NCBI GenBank assembly: GCA_012295275.1
Contig: CM022675.1
Span: 16,120,001-16,184,000 of the forward strand
DNA: 64,000 nt
From: Chrysomallon squamiferum
Taxonomy: Eukaryota; Animalia; Mollusca
Direction: 5' to 3'
The notes under the pieces were generated by a model. The model searched no databases, was not told where the DNA came from, and worked only from the letters and a program-made list of their open reading frames with translations. Position numbers and translations under genes: made by a program. Shown here piece after piece: positions 25,441-39,300 of this stretch (its first letter is position 1; the number at the start of each line of letters is the position of its first letter).

Positions 25441-25720
25441 TAGTCAGCCCACCTTATCTGCAGTTCAGCATGCATGGTTTTAAAATATTTGAAGAAATTA
25501 CCATACAGTGAATGTATTCTTAAAAGCATCCATTATGTCAAAATACTGTATCCACTATAATTTACATGGGTTTCAGCAGTTCTTGGTAGTATCTGTAATT
25601 GGGGTTTCAAGTTATTAATAAGTAAAATTATATTATTTTATATAAGTACACTGAGCATCTCTGGTTTTGAGATATCTCCAGTAGTCCTAGAATCAGAAAT
25701 AACAGATCTGTAAAATCTCT
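25441..25720. mobile_element. Decayed Tigger/pogo-type MITE resembling MER2, downstream of the NEMP stop
   Basis: tagtcagcccaccttatctgcagttcagcatgcatgg...ttttatataagtacactgagcatctctggttttgagatatc...gtcctagaatca parallels the MER2 consensus as I recall it; not verified by search. Confidence 0.5.
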
Positions 25721-26750
25721 GTAGGGAAGAAAATTTGCCTTTATGAATTATTTTTCCTTTAGGTTTTAATTTACTTGGTTTTGTTTAGAAAAAAAAGCAC
25801 AATATTTAAAAGTTAACATGAAATTTATACAATTTTTCTCCTGTTTTATAAATTTTTTTTTTTTTAAATCCCATAAAATGGATTCTTATTAAAAGAAAAT
25901 ACAATTACTGTTAGTCAGATTCAAGACAACCATTTCTTTTAAAGGAAGTCAAAAGAAAAATACCAAAAACAGATTTAAATAAGCTACAGCTACTAATGTG
26001 TGTAAAAAGATAGATTTTTGAAAGAGGAAGATTTTAATGTTTACTGTTTTGCGTACACAGTTTTGGTGCATTTTAAGTCAGCATAAATCTAATCTTTTCA
26101 TTACCATCTGTGCATATTTATCTTTTGAGAAAATTGTAGTTATATCCATTTAAACCAATGTAGACTGAATGTTACCTTTTTGAAGTATCAAGCAATGATC
26201 AAATTGTTTTTATTAATATGTATTTGTATATAATTGATGCTTATAGTCCCAAAAAATTAACTCAAACAGTTTTTATTTTGGGTATTGCAAATTTTATTAT
26301 AATATAAACTTTTTATGCAGGGTAGCTGCAACAATATGGTGCCCAGAACAAATTTATCTTCTTGTTTTGTAATAAAAAATTTCTTTGTTAAACTCTTGAA
26401 AGTGGTTAATCTGGAGAGAAAATTTTAAATTTAGTAGTTTTCTCTTTTTACTGTATATCATCGTCTTAGCAGAAATTTGTTTTATTTAACAGATTTTATG
26501 TTCAGAAATCAGTTTTTATGAAAAATTGTTTTTTCACAATTAAGCTTTAATTAAAAAGTGAAAAAAGAAAATTTCAGTCATTCCATATTTCAGATAACCT
26601 ATTTCCTCATTATTGGTATTGTTGTTGTTACAATTAGTTGTAGCAATGTCAGTAATAGATACATCGATTTTAATTATTGGATTGGCTATGGGTTGTAAGA
26701 TTTGAGCTACCCAGTTATAAACATCTGCTGCATTATTTGTCTGTGTTTGC

Positions 26751-26782
<32 letters not shown>

Positions 26783-26860
26783 TTGAAAGTGATCTAATGC
26801 CTAGTAATGGTGACCATAAATTTGCTTGCCCTAAAAGTCTTCTTAAATAACCTGAATGCA

Positions 26861-26861
<1 letters not shown>

Positions 26862-26931
<70 letters not shown>
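26862..26931. repeat. (TG)n microsatellite
   Basis: Directly visible. Confidence 0.97.
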
Positions 26932-26933
<2 letters not shown>

Positions 26934-29074
26934 ATGCTAAGATAGATACAAATTAACATGAATGTTTTTATGTGCACTGATTCCAGAATAACCTCAGATT
27001 AAAGAATGTTTCTAACTGGTGCTAATCAGGTAGACATGTTGAGTGAATAAATAACCTCCACTAAATTCTAACTTTTCATTTAACTTTGTTCAGTTTAGTG
27101 CTAGTAAATTTTATGCCTTCACTAGATGTGAGTATGCGTGTGAGAAAGATGTGTAGCAGTATACAAGTACAAAAGATTGTTTTATACTCAACTCAGGCTG
27201 TTACAGTTTCCTTTACTGAATATGTTACAAATGTCATCTTCAGTGAACTATTTTATGTTGTGAAAGAAGTATTTTGGTAATGAATAGGATATTATTTTTG
27301 TACTTTAAATTTTTGCTACATCTGAAGGATTTAGTCAATATTTTTTTTAAATGTTTCTGTTTTAGACAAAAAAAAAAATTATAAGAATTTTGTTAATTAA
27401 AATACTGATATTCTCAGCTAAAGCAGTATTTATTAAAATGTTTCATTACTATTAACATCTGTGCATATTTAACTTTCAGAAAAACAATGCAGAACTGAAT
27501 GTTGTGTTTGTGTTCTTACTTTTCTAATTATCTAGTATTCAAAATTACTTTCTCAGTTTCTCATTGTCCTTTGTGAGTGAGTTTAGTGTTTTGTATCTTT
27601 GTAATTTGTTATATCTGCATCCATTTCTTCGTTAATTCAGTACAGAGCAATCTGTTTCAGCCACAACTGAGCAACATAATCACACAAAACAATATATCAG
27701 TTGAGAAATTTTCTGCAATGAATTTGATGTTTTGATCATCACTTGCATATATACAGACAGACAAACAGACAGATGAAGAGAGATATTTTATCGTAATGCA
27801 GCTGCATGAAGGGTTGCAGCTATTTGTATTTTTAGTTCTAATTATTAAATGAGAAGTTTATAATTCCTACTACAAGTCTGAATAATTTTAATACAGTATT
27901 TTAGAATGCTAAGTAACTGCCAAATTCTTCTTTTCTATTGTAAGGGGGGGGGGATTCTTATTAAATTTATTTATAAAACAAAACTTTCAAAAATGTTGAC
28001 TACATCCTGCATGAAAATATTGTTTCATTTTTTAATTTTTTATTACATGTACAACTATATTTTTTGTTTGTTTGTTTCTGTGAATACGTAAAACAGATAA
28101 ATACAACATTTGGCAGATTTCAAAATTACATTTTAAATATTTCCATTTTGCACTACTTACAAATTGATTTTTTATTAATTTATTTATTTTTTATTTTGTT
28201 TTATTAATTAAACCTAAGGAGAAGCTATATATTGTTCATGTGCTTTATAAGTCAAATAAATATGTGTATGCATTTTTCAATAAAACTGATTTATATTTTT
28301 ATAAACACTGTTTGTTTATGATGTGGATGTGTTCATTCTGATGAAGTCCAAATATAAACTCTTAATTTTAGCTTTTATCTTTAAAAGTGAGAAATAATTT
28401 CTAAATAATGATTAAATAAATGTTTTCCTATTATACAATGTTTACAGTTACTACCATTTGCAACATTAAAGTTTAATTTTGTTTACATTCAAATTATTGT
28501 TTTCAGAGAGTTCCCTGCAAAATAGTAAAGAAGAACAACAAAAACTTTAACTAATTCATGGTAACTCAAGAAAGATACCATTTTTAATTTTATGTATTTA
28601 AAAAAATGTTAAGTTTATTATTTTTCATAAAAAGAAGTCACACATCAGAGAGAACACTTTTATTTTTATTATTTTTTTAAATTTATTTATTTATTTATTT
28701 TTAATTCTTCATTTCTAACTAACAAAAATAAAACCTAATTGTCAAGTCACAAGACTTCATGTTTCTGTACAAACAAACAAACCTATTTCTACACATTTTT
28801 CACTTTTAACATTATTTTTTAATTTTATGAGTTCAATGTCCACCTTTGTTTACTGTTCAGGAAAATAAAACAACAATGATAAAAAAAAAATTCTATCTTT
28901 TTATATGCCACATTTTTATACTTATTACCAACTTAGTTTAGTTTAAAAATAATTTAAGTTTACATTTTCATGTTCCATTAATTAAAACTTGATTAGCATA
29001 AGAATAATGAATGTGTATTTTATAAAAAGTAATACTGACCCTGCTTTATTGGTTATGATTTTTAGGCTCTCCAG

Positions 29075-29535
29075 ATTTTGTGTCTCAATGTTTTGTGTCT
29101 CAATGTTCTGTGTCTCAGTGTTCTGTGTCTCAGTGTTCTGTGTCTCAATGTTCTGTGTCTCAATGTTCTGTGTCTCAATGTTCTGTGTCTCAGTGTTCTG
29201 TGTCTCAGTGTTCTGTGTCTCAATGTTCTGTGTCTCAATGTTCTGAATCTCAATGTTCTGTGTCTCAATGTTCTGTGTCTCAATGTTCTGTGTCTCAGTG
29301 TTCTGTGTCTCAGTGTTCAGTGTCTCAATGTTCAGTGTCTCAATGTTCAGTGTCTCAATGTTCTGTGTCTCAAGTGTTCTGTGTCTCAGTGTTCTGTGTC
29401 TCAATGTTCTGAATGAAGAAGTGTTCTGTGAACTAATCTTAAGTGATGTCTCAGTGTTCTGTTTTGTTCTGTGTCTCAATGTTTCTCAATTTGAAAAAAA
29501 ATGTTAAAACTTTAAATGTTCTGTGTCTCAATGTT
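29075..29535. repeat. 15-bp minisatellite tgttctgtgtctca(a/g)
   Basis: More than 20 tandem units; open in several frames because 15 is a multiple of 3 and the unit lacks stops. Confidence 0.95.
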
Positions 29536-31903
29536 TTTGGAACTAATCTTAATTTACTTTCACAATTTAAAAAAAAAGTTAAAACTTTAAATCGGTCACT
29601 AATGTTTTTACTAATCTAATTGATGTGAATTACATTTAATTTTGTGTTTGATGTAAATTACTATTATTATTATTTTATTACTTTTAATATTATGATGATG
29701 ATGATGATGATGATTATTATTTTTGTTATTATTTTATTATAATTATTAATATTTTATTATACAAAAAGAAATTTGCTGCCATTACTCCAAGAGAAGACCT
29801 ATTTTACACAAATTTTATCACATAGGAAAATATGACATCCTTTGATAAATTACATGTGAATAGGAAATTACCCAAATGGTGCACTAAAGATATTTAATCA
29901 AGTAGCTTAACACATTTTTTTAAATGATTAGCTCTATGGATAATGTCCAGTTGTGTATGACAGTACAATTATCTAACAAGAAGGCAAATACTAACCAATA
30001 TCTTAGCTATTTCTTTATACATATTAGTCCTGTAAAATGTGAAACAATGTCATTGTGGACCAGTCAGAATTTGGATTGACCTCTTTATCTTCATCTACAT
30101 GTCTTTTTGTTTTAATTTTTTTCATTATTAACAAAATCAGAAGGGGATCCAACTGAGGAATACATTTAAAAAAATAATAATAATAAAATAAATAAAATAG
30201 TAACAGTAAATTAATAACTAAATAAAGGGGGAAAAAACAATAATAAAAATAATCTAAAAGATCTCAGGTTTAGGGTATTTTGGGCTAGTAAAGAATTTTA
30301 AGAATTTATTTTTGTAGTTATTTTTACATAAAATCTGAAAATTACTTTTGGATTTGTAAACAAGAAAAAGAGGTAAATATAGCTTTTCCCACCTAGTACA
30401 CATCTTATAACACTTTATTGATTGTCTGATTGATTATTATTTTCTTTTTAAGAAGAAGGCAGTGTTGTGTTCTCAATCAGCTTGTTCCATTAAAGACAAA
30501 TATAAATCTTTAAAAAATTTAACCATGACATTTCTGATTTGGATTAAAATGTTGAAGCAGTGTGGAGTCATTTCTGGAGCCATTCCTGGATTACAGGCCC
30601 TGAAGCTTAAGCTTTCTTAGTTTCACTTTAGATCTGCCCAACATAATTTCTTTTCTTTGTTAGCTATATACCTTTACTTACCTTCCCTCTTTGCTTTATT
30701 CCTTAGTTTCAAAGCTGCTGAATTTACATTATATAATCTTTTTGGTCATTATTATAAATTAAGATGATTTTGAGAAATGGATGTCTCCAGAGTTCTTACA
30801 TTTCTATTATTCAGTTTTTTGCTTTCATTTCTCATGTCACAGAGAAAAACAAACTGGTTGTGTGGAACGAATGGTGAAATCAGTTAAGACATTTAAAGAG
30901 TGCAGAATGTGGAAATTCCAAACATCTCTCTTCTCTCATTTGTATGGTTCAAACAAACAGTTAGAATTGATTATTTCAAAAATTAATATTTTGCTAAATG
31001 TAGAGAAATTATAAATGTTAATTATTGCAGTTTTGATATAAACACTAAAATGTGGTTGCCACAAATTTTTTCTTTTTACTGCTTCCTTACATTATTTTGA
31101 ATTCTAATGTCAGTGTGTGTGTGTGTGTGTCTGTTTACATGCACATTTTTTTTTTATCAAAATCATTAGTTACGATATCCATCCTAATTGTAAATTTGGC
31201 TACTTTGAAGGTTTTAGCTACACTTTTATCAAGTTTTTGCTGAACTAGACTTTTGGATGACTGCTACAATCTAGTAACCTACTGAGTCAGAAAGCTTTTT
31301 TATGAAATTGTGTTTATATTTTTGCTTTGGCTGAAACAGTAGATTAAAGACTTGACAGAGCCAGTGTAGTTGTTTCCTAATCTGATGAGAAAAATGAAGC
31401 AGATAAACTGATTTAGTGATACTGTTTTTATCACACCTGCATGCAGCTTCACACAGTGTGTTGATTTGTGGTAGAGAATGGGTATTGAGTCTGTTTGCAA
31501 GTGGTTGAGGTTTGTGGATGTAGTGATGTTATCAATGTATAGGTCTGACTGATTTTAGTCTACTGAGGCATGTGACCATACAAGCCAACCTCAGGAAATG
31601 TCTAGCAGAAACAAACAAGAAAAAACCAGGTCTTGGTTAAAGTATGTATTTGTCATTTCTATGGTTAAACAAATCTGTTTATTATTGCAGTTGTTTTATT
31701 TTCTTACATTTAACACAGTGAGAAAAACTTGATATGGTTTATAAAAATAAATAGTAAAATACTACTATAAACTCTACAAGTGACTAGATGTCCTTGTGTT
31801 CCCAGATCTTTACCATTTTGTGTATTTGTCAGTTTTGTTTTCTGTCAAGTAATAAAAGTACCAATAAAAATACCAGTCAACTGATGCAGGGTTTTACATA
31901 CAC

Positions 31904-31934
<31 letters not shown>

Positions 31935-33379
31935 TACACATACATATATATATATATATATATAGTGTATGTGTGTGCATACAACCATGTTTCCAAACAA
32001 CCTTTTTATTTGCTGGTTATAAATGTGTACGTAATTCGAGATATTCTCAAATCAATCTTTTTCTTCTCTTAAAATAATTATGACATAATTATGCAATGTA
32101 ACACTTTAGATTTTCTTTAACAAAATCTGCCATTTTAGAAATCTCTAACTTTTCTGTAAGTGCCTTTAGAGTGATGCTTAATTTAAGATAAACTGAATCC
32201 TTTTTTTATATATATTTTTTTTTTTACTTATGAATGTTTAAGGGAAAACTGAAAATGTAACAGTGCTTTGGATTCTGTAATTAAAAATAACTGCAGTTTT
32301 AAAAAAAAAAAAAACATTTATGAGAACACTGCAAGCTTAAAGCTTCAATTATTTTGCAGCAGCTAAAAAAACCCACTAATAAAATAAGAAAAGATATATA
32401 TATATATATATTCCCAAGGTCACGACAACAAGAACAAAACAGCAAATAGCATTTTAATCATTAAAATGATGTAACTGATTGTCTATAGCTAAATACTCTG
32501 TTCTCTTACAAAGCTGTAGCCAACATTACAGACACACAGACACTTAACAAACACAAAGAGAAAATTCACAAATAAAATCATACTGCTATACTTCAACAAA
32601 TTAAAAATAAGTGTCAGATAAAGAATAAACTGCAATTTAAATATACCAAAAAAATAATTATTGTCTTTTGGTTGTTTTGGTAAAATTCATTTTGTGCTAT
32701 ATTAATAGAATTAGAATTTAAAATATATATATATATATATATATTCTGGAATTATATCTAAATAAACAAAAAAGGTATTTGTGGCTGGTCCATGTTTTTT
32801 TTTTTGGTTGTACAAATATATTAAAGCAACATACCTATATATTAATGTGTGTGTGTGAGTGTGTATGGGTGGGTGTATGTGTGTGTGTGTGCGTGTGTCT
32901 GTGTTACAAGTGTCATAAAGCTAATTAATTCAGAGAGTAAATGGTTATTCAGTGTGAGATACAAACCTGAGCCTATGTGATGGTAAGTGCTAGTCATCTG
33001 GACTTTCTCATCACTATAATATTATCAACATAAAAGTCAAGAGCTTAGTTTTGGTGAATGACAATGGGTGTAAACAGATTTCACACTACATGAACACAAA
33101 ACGTTTTCCTTTAACTGATTAGAATATATTTGTGGTTCTTAACAGATTTTCCTGTGTTTTCTGAATTAACAAGTAATGTTAGAGCAATTTGTTAGCATTT
33201 TAAAACATACATATCATTTACAAAAATAAATGATGTGAGATACTAGTGAACAAAAAACCCGTACAGCTATATGGTTTATCTGGTTTTCAAATTATGACAT
33301 TAAAATCACAAAACTGTTAAAAGTCTGACTAAAAGCAGAACTGAATTTGGTGTGTCTACATTAACAAAGCTCAGTGTTG

Positions 33380-36300
33380 TCAAGACTTCCTGTTCCTCAA
33401 AGCCTTTGCCATCCACGTGGTGTAGGATCGAGTCTGTGATCCCCCAGTGGGAGTCCAGGGGGAGCTCCAGTCGCACACTGGGATGTCAGAAGCGTAGACT
33501 TTGGAGGCGGTTGTGTTGTAAATGGGCAGAAGTTCATTTGCTTCGTTTGACAGGACCTGCAGAAGTAATTTTCAGTTTTAAAATATATGTAATCTCAACA
33601 GAGATAAGTTTTATTTAACCAGCTAAAGATGTTTTTAAAAACTATTTCAGTTTTAATTGATTATGTGTTTGCAGCAAATAAGATGTGTAAAAAACACAGA
33701 ATGAATACATAAATAAAATTATATATATCTAATAAAAGAGGATATTTACAATTATTATTAGATCAGAAAAGAAAAAAAATTAAAATGCATTTGTGTTTTA
33801 AGAGATATGGTAAATCATGAATCAATGCAAAAATAATCTGAGAGTGGTCTCCCTTTAAGATTACACATTCCTACCAAACACTGACAAAACATTATGATCA
33901 TACAGGAATGGAATGATTTTTCTGAAATGCTTTGGGATCAGAAGTGTTTTGGATTTTGGAATATGAAGAGACAGCCTAAGAACAGGATTTAAGTCTCAAT
34001 ACATATTCCCTTTACATACAGATTATACAAATTGAATGTGTGATTTTTAAAAATATATTTAATATTTTTAATAACTTTGTACATAAAACTCTGTTTATCA
34101 CTATTTTTGCTTTTTGATTTTGGAGCTTTTCTGATTTTAGAATTTTTGATAAGGGATCCTCAAACTATATTTTTCTATTCAACTACATTTGTTATACATA
34201 TGTTTATAACTGTTCCAAGATCAGTTTTACTTAGTTTAATAAAATAAAAGTATAGAGACCTGATATGATGCTGTTTTATAAACTGTCAGATTGGTTTTAC
34301 CTTCAGATATATGATGGCATCTGTTCCATAGCCCTCAACAGACGTGAGAAGTAAGTCTCCCTGGAAGTAGCGAGCGTACAGTCTGGACAGAGGCAAACCA
34401 TAGCCATACCCAGCCTGTGTGAATAAAACTTACACATTACTGATAGCCATACCCAGCCTGTGAAAATACAACTTACACATTACTGATAGCCATACCCAGC
34501 CTGTGAAAATACAACTTACACATTACTGATAGCCATACCCAGCCTGTGAAAATACAACTTACACATTACTGATAGCCATACCCAGCCTGTGAAAATACAA
34601 CTTACACATTACTGATAGCCATACCCAGCCTGTGTGAATAAAACTTACACATTACTGATAGCCATACCCAGCCTGTGTGAATAAAACTTACACATTACTG
34701 ATAATCAGAACATAGCCATACCCAGCATGTGTGAAATACAACTTACACATTACTGATAGCCATACCCAGCCTGTGAAAATACAACTTACACATTACTGAT
34801 AATCAGAACATAGCCATACCCAGCCTGTGTGAAATACAACTTATACATTACTGATAGCCATACCCAGCCTGTGTGAATAAAACTTACACATTAGTGATAG
34901 CCATACCCAGCATGTGTGAAATACAACTTACACATTAGTGATAGCCATACCCAGCATGTGAAAATAGAACTTACACATTACTGATAGCCATACCCAGCCT
35001 GTGAAAATACAACTTACACATTACTGATAGCCATACCCAGCCTGTGAAAATACAACTTACACATTACCGATAGCCATACCCAGCCTGTGAAAATACAACT
35101 TACACATTACCGATAGTCATACCCATCAGAACACATTACTGATAGCCATACCCAGCCTGTGAAAATAAAACTTACACATTACTGATAATCAGAACATAGC
35201 CATACCCAGCCTGTGTGAAATACAACTTACACATTACTGATAGCCATACCCAGCCTGTGTGAAATACAACTTATACATTACTGATAATCAGAACATAGCC
35301 ATACCCAGCCTGTGTGAAATACAACTTACACATTACTGATAATCAGAACATAGCCATACCCAGCCTGTGTGAAATACAACTTACACATTACTGATAATCA
35401 GAACATAGCCATACCCAGCCTGTGTGAAATACAACTTACACATTACTGATAGTCATACCCAGCCTGTGTGAAATACAACTTACACATTAGTGATAGCCAT
35501 ACCCAGCCTGTGTGAAATACAACTTACACATTACTGATAATCAGAACATAGCCATACCCAGCATGTGTGAAATACAACTTACACATTACTGATAGTCATA
35601 CCCAGCCTGTGAAAATACAACTTACACATTACTGATAGCCATACCCAGCCTGTGTGAAATACAACTTACACATTACTGATAATCAGAACATAGCCATACC
35701 CAGCCTGTGTGAAATACAACTTACACATTAGTGATAGTCATACCCAGCATGTGTGAAATACAACTTACACATTACTGATAGCCATACCCAGCCTGTGTGA
35801 AATACAACTTACACATTACTGATAATCAGAACATAGCCATACCCAGCCTGTGTGAAATACAACTTACACATTACTGATAGCCATACCCAGCCTGTGTGAA
35901 ATACAACTTACACATTACTGATAATCAGAACATAGCCATACCCAGCCTGTGTGAAATACAACTTACACATTACTGATAGCCATACCCAGCCTGTGTGAAA
36001 TTTAATTTGATAATCAGGAGAAGTATATTCTAAAACAGTAATTTATTAATAGTTTATTAAGTTTATTTCTTAGGAAAGAATTCATTAAAATTCATTAAAT
36101 ATGCTAGTCATACAAAATACAATTCATGATTGAACAGGTTTAGGACACTTTGCAAAGTGGATGATCACAGGACAGTTTTAATAACTCATTAAGATACACA
36201 ATTATACACACAGTAATCAAGTTCTTCTAAATAAAACTGATGGATATTTAACGTAATTTATTATTACTGGCACAAAACAGAACCAAAAAACCCCAAAACA

Positions 36301-39300
36301 ATAAACAGATAAATAAAATAGGTTTACAGAAAAATCTGGTAACTGAAACATATCAATAAATAAATTTATGTATATTTATGGCTTGATAGTGATTATCAGT
36401 TTGTTCTTTGACAAAACGTTGCATGTATTTAAAAAATCTCTTGTTTGTCTTACCAAAGGAGCAGAGCCTTCAGTGCGAGCTGGCAGTGGAGCAGTGGAGT
36501 ACATGTAGTGAAACAGCAAGTCCAGTTTCAGCCTGGGGATCCCTCCTCCCTCGTCTGACAGCTGAAACCACACAAGTCAAACATTTTACTACAGTTTACT
36601 AAACCATCTTTATTACAGGTACATAGAAAATATGACTGAGATGAACAGTGAAAAATTATTTTAAATTCTTTTTAATCTCTGGTTACCTTTAATAACTATT
36701 ACAATGAAAAATATTGTTTAACGTCTGAGTATCTTTAATGAAGGTACAGTGATATGATTTTCATTTCCATTATATGTATAGTGTTTTATGATGATCTCTG
36801 ATTTAACAACTTCACTTCCACATCATACCTGGGTGTTGGCTTACTTCTACAGATGACATTTCTGCCATTAAATGATGATACCCAGTTCAGTTGTAAAGAT
36901 GCTATTTCACAGTTAATTCTTCCTCATTTATAATACAGTGCACGACAATTTACAAAACCATTATAAATTCTGTAAAATTAAATTTTTTGTTTAGAATTGT
37001 AGATGTTTACAATCAGTTATATATAAAATGAAATTAATCTCCTACATGTATTAATGGTTGACAAGAGCTATACGTAACATTTTTTCTGATCTCTGACTTA
37101 CTAAGACAGAGAAACAAGTCTTACTTTGATAGTGAGGTCTTCTTTGCCTTTCACTATTAAAATTTTCAGTTGGGGCACCTCAACTTCCTGCGAGTGTTTC
37201 TCCACCACTGCTCTCATTGCGTTCTGAAAGAAACTTCTTTATTTCAAAATACAACCACAGTAAACAGTTTTCAACAATCTTTTGCCAGTCATGAAATTAA
37301 AGACTAAAGAGAAAGGAATCTGGCTGCAGTAAAAAGATGAATTACATCTATTCTGATTAACAAAGGATCTATTATATTTGTTTTACCATAATCAGAAAGC
37401 ACATACTTCAGACTTTTATAATCCACTATGGAGTAATGTTTGGAATGGGAAATAGCCTAACAGCTTCTCTGGGGAAGACTGAACCAGAGACCAATTACAC
37501 CTGAGTTTGTTATATTACCAATGAATCATAACTCATCCCATAAATGAGTTAAAACATTTTCTTATTATGTTTTATTCTATCCAAAAATGTAATGACAAAG
37601 AACTAAATAATGACTATGAACTGATGTTAGCAAAATAAAACATATAAACAGTATTTTTTTATCTGAAAACAAAGACAGAAAATACTAAATTATATTTAAC
37701 AAGTAATCCTGTACCATATATTAAAAAGAATTCTTCTTAAATTTATGTATTTCCCTGTCTAAGAAAAGCAAAGAATAAATTTCTATTACAAACAGAAGTT
37801 AATCAAATATAAATTAGCAATATATATTTATATGAACAAAGATAATGAAAAATTAAATCACATTTAATAGAAATTGAGTGACTATGATAGTTTATACAAG
37901 ATAAAAATTAAGACAATCACACAAACAATCATACCTTAATGAGTTCAAAAAGCATGTGATACAGATGAGATGGGACGTACACCATTTGTATCACTGGATC
38001 ACTGTCGTGATCTGAAAACACATAATTAACACAAACATGATTTTCTTAAATAAGTAATGATGCAAGTGATACACAAAACATAAAAACAGACACAGATCAT
38101 TTTGAATCAATGTCTGATCAAGGATATAGATACAATTTATTCTGAATGAAATTTGGCCCCATTAAAACAATTTAATTAGTAACCAATAATAAATTTTGGA
38201 ATAACAAAGGAAAAAATATCATATTCATCAACAGATTGAACATAATTGTAATATAGGATTATATGGTATGACAGATTATTTAAGAATAAAGGGAATTAAA
38301 ATAAATAAAATAATACTTCTGAATATAGCTTTACTATCTGTGTATTTACTGTTTTATACAAGTAAATCTATTATTTGTAAATTTATAGTTTTATACAAGT
38401 AAATCTATTATTTGTAAATTTACAGTTTTATACAAGTAAATCTATTATTTGGAAATTTACAGTTTTATACAAGTAAATCTATTATTTGGAAATTTACAGT
38501 TTTATACAAGTAAATCTATTATTTGGAAATTTACAGTTTTATACAAGTAAATCTATTATTTGTAAATTTACAGTTTTATAAAATAAAATTATTTAAAAAT
38601 TTACAGTTTTTACAAGTAAATCTATTATTTGTAAAACAGTTTTATACAAGTAAATCTATTATTTGTTAAATTCACAGTTTTATACATATATATATATTAT
38701 TTTTTTTTTACAGTTTTATTAAATCTATTATTTGTAAAAACAGTTTTATACAAGTAAAATCTATTAATAAATTTACAGTTTTATAAAAGTAAATCTATTG
38801 TTTTGTAAATTCACAGTTTTAATACCATTGACAAACTTTATGTCAAGTTCAGGTGACATCATATAATACTGGACACAGAGAAACTTGGCATTCTCATAGG
38901 CATCTGAAAAAAATGAAAAATAAAAACCTAAAATTTCAGAATGATGAAAACTTGTACGGGTGATTTGTTTCTTTCATATATATACATATATTTTTCATAT
39001 ATATATATACATATATATATATATTTTTTTTTTTTTCAAAGTTGATTAAAGTGTATTTCAAAAACATTAAGGGGTTTAGAAATGATAATAAACACTCCAA
39101 ATACAAAGTGTAAAGTCCAATGTTTAGGCTCTTTCAGAATAAATCAACAAACTTCAACTGATAAATTTATTCAACTTTTATTTACAGCCAGTCATAAACT
39201 GATTACAATAAGTTTTATATCCACTCATAAATTTATAACTGGCTGTTACAGTGGAAAGAAATATTAATTTAAACAATGGCAACTTGACCCTACAGACAAA

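Noticed and set aside
28982-29507. 165-aa TQNIE pentapeptide-repeat ORF and overlapping ORFs in other frames
   Set aside because: By-product of a stop-free 15-bp minisatellite; open on both strands, with no gene context.
34401-36000. CRISPR-like look of the regular array
   Set aside because: No unique spacers and no cas genes; it is a eukaryotic intronic tandem repeat derived from the adjacent exon junction.
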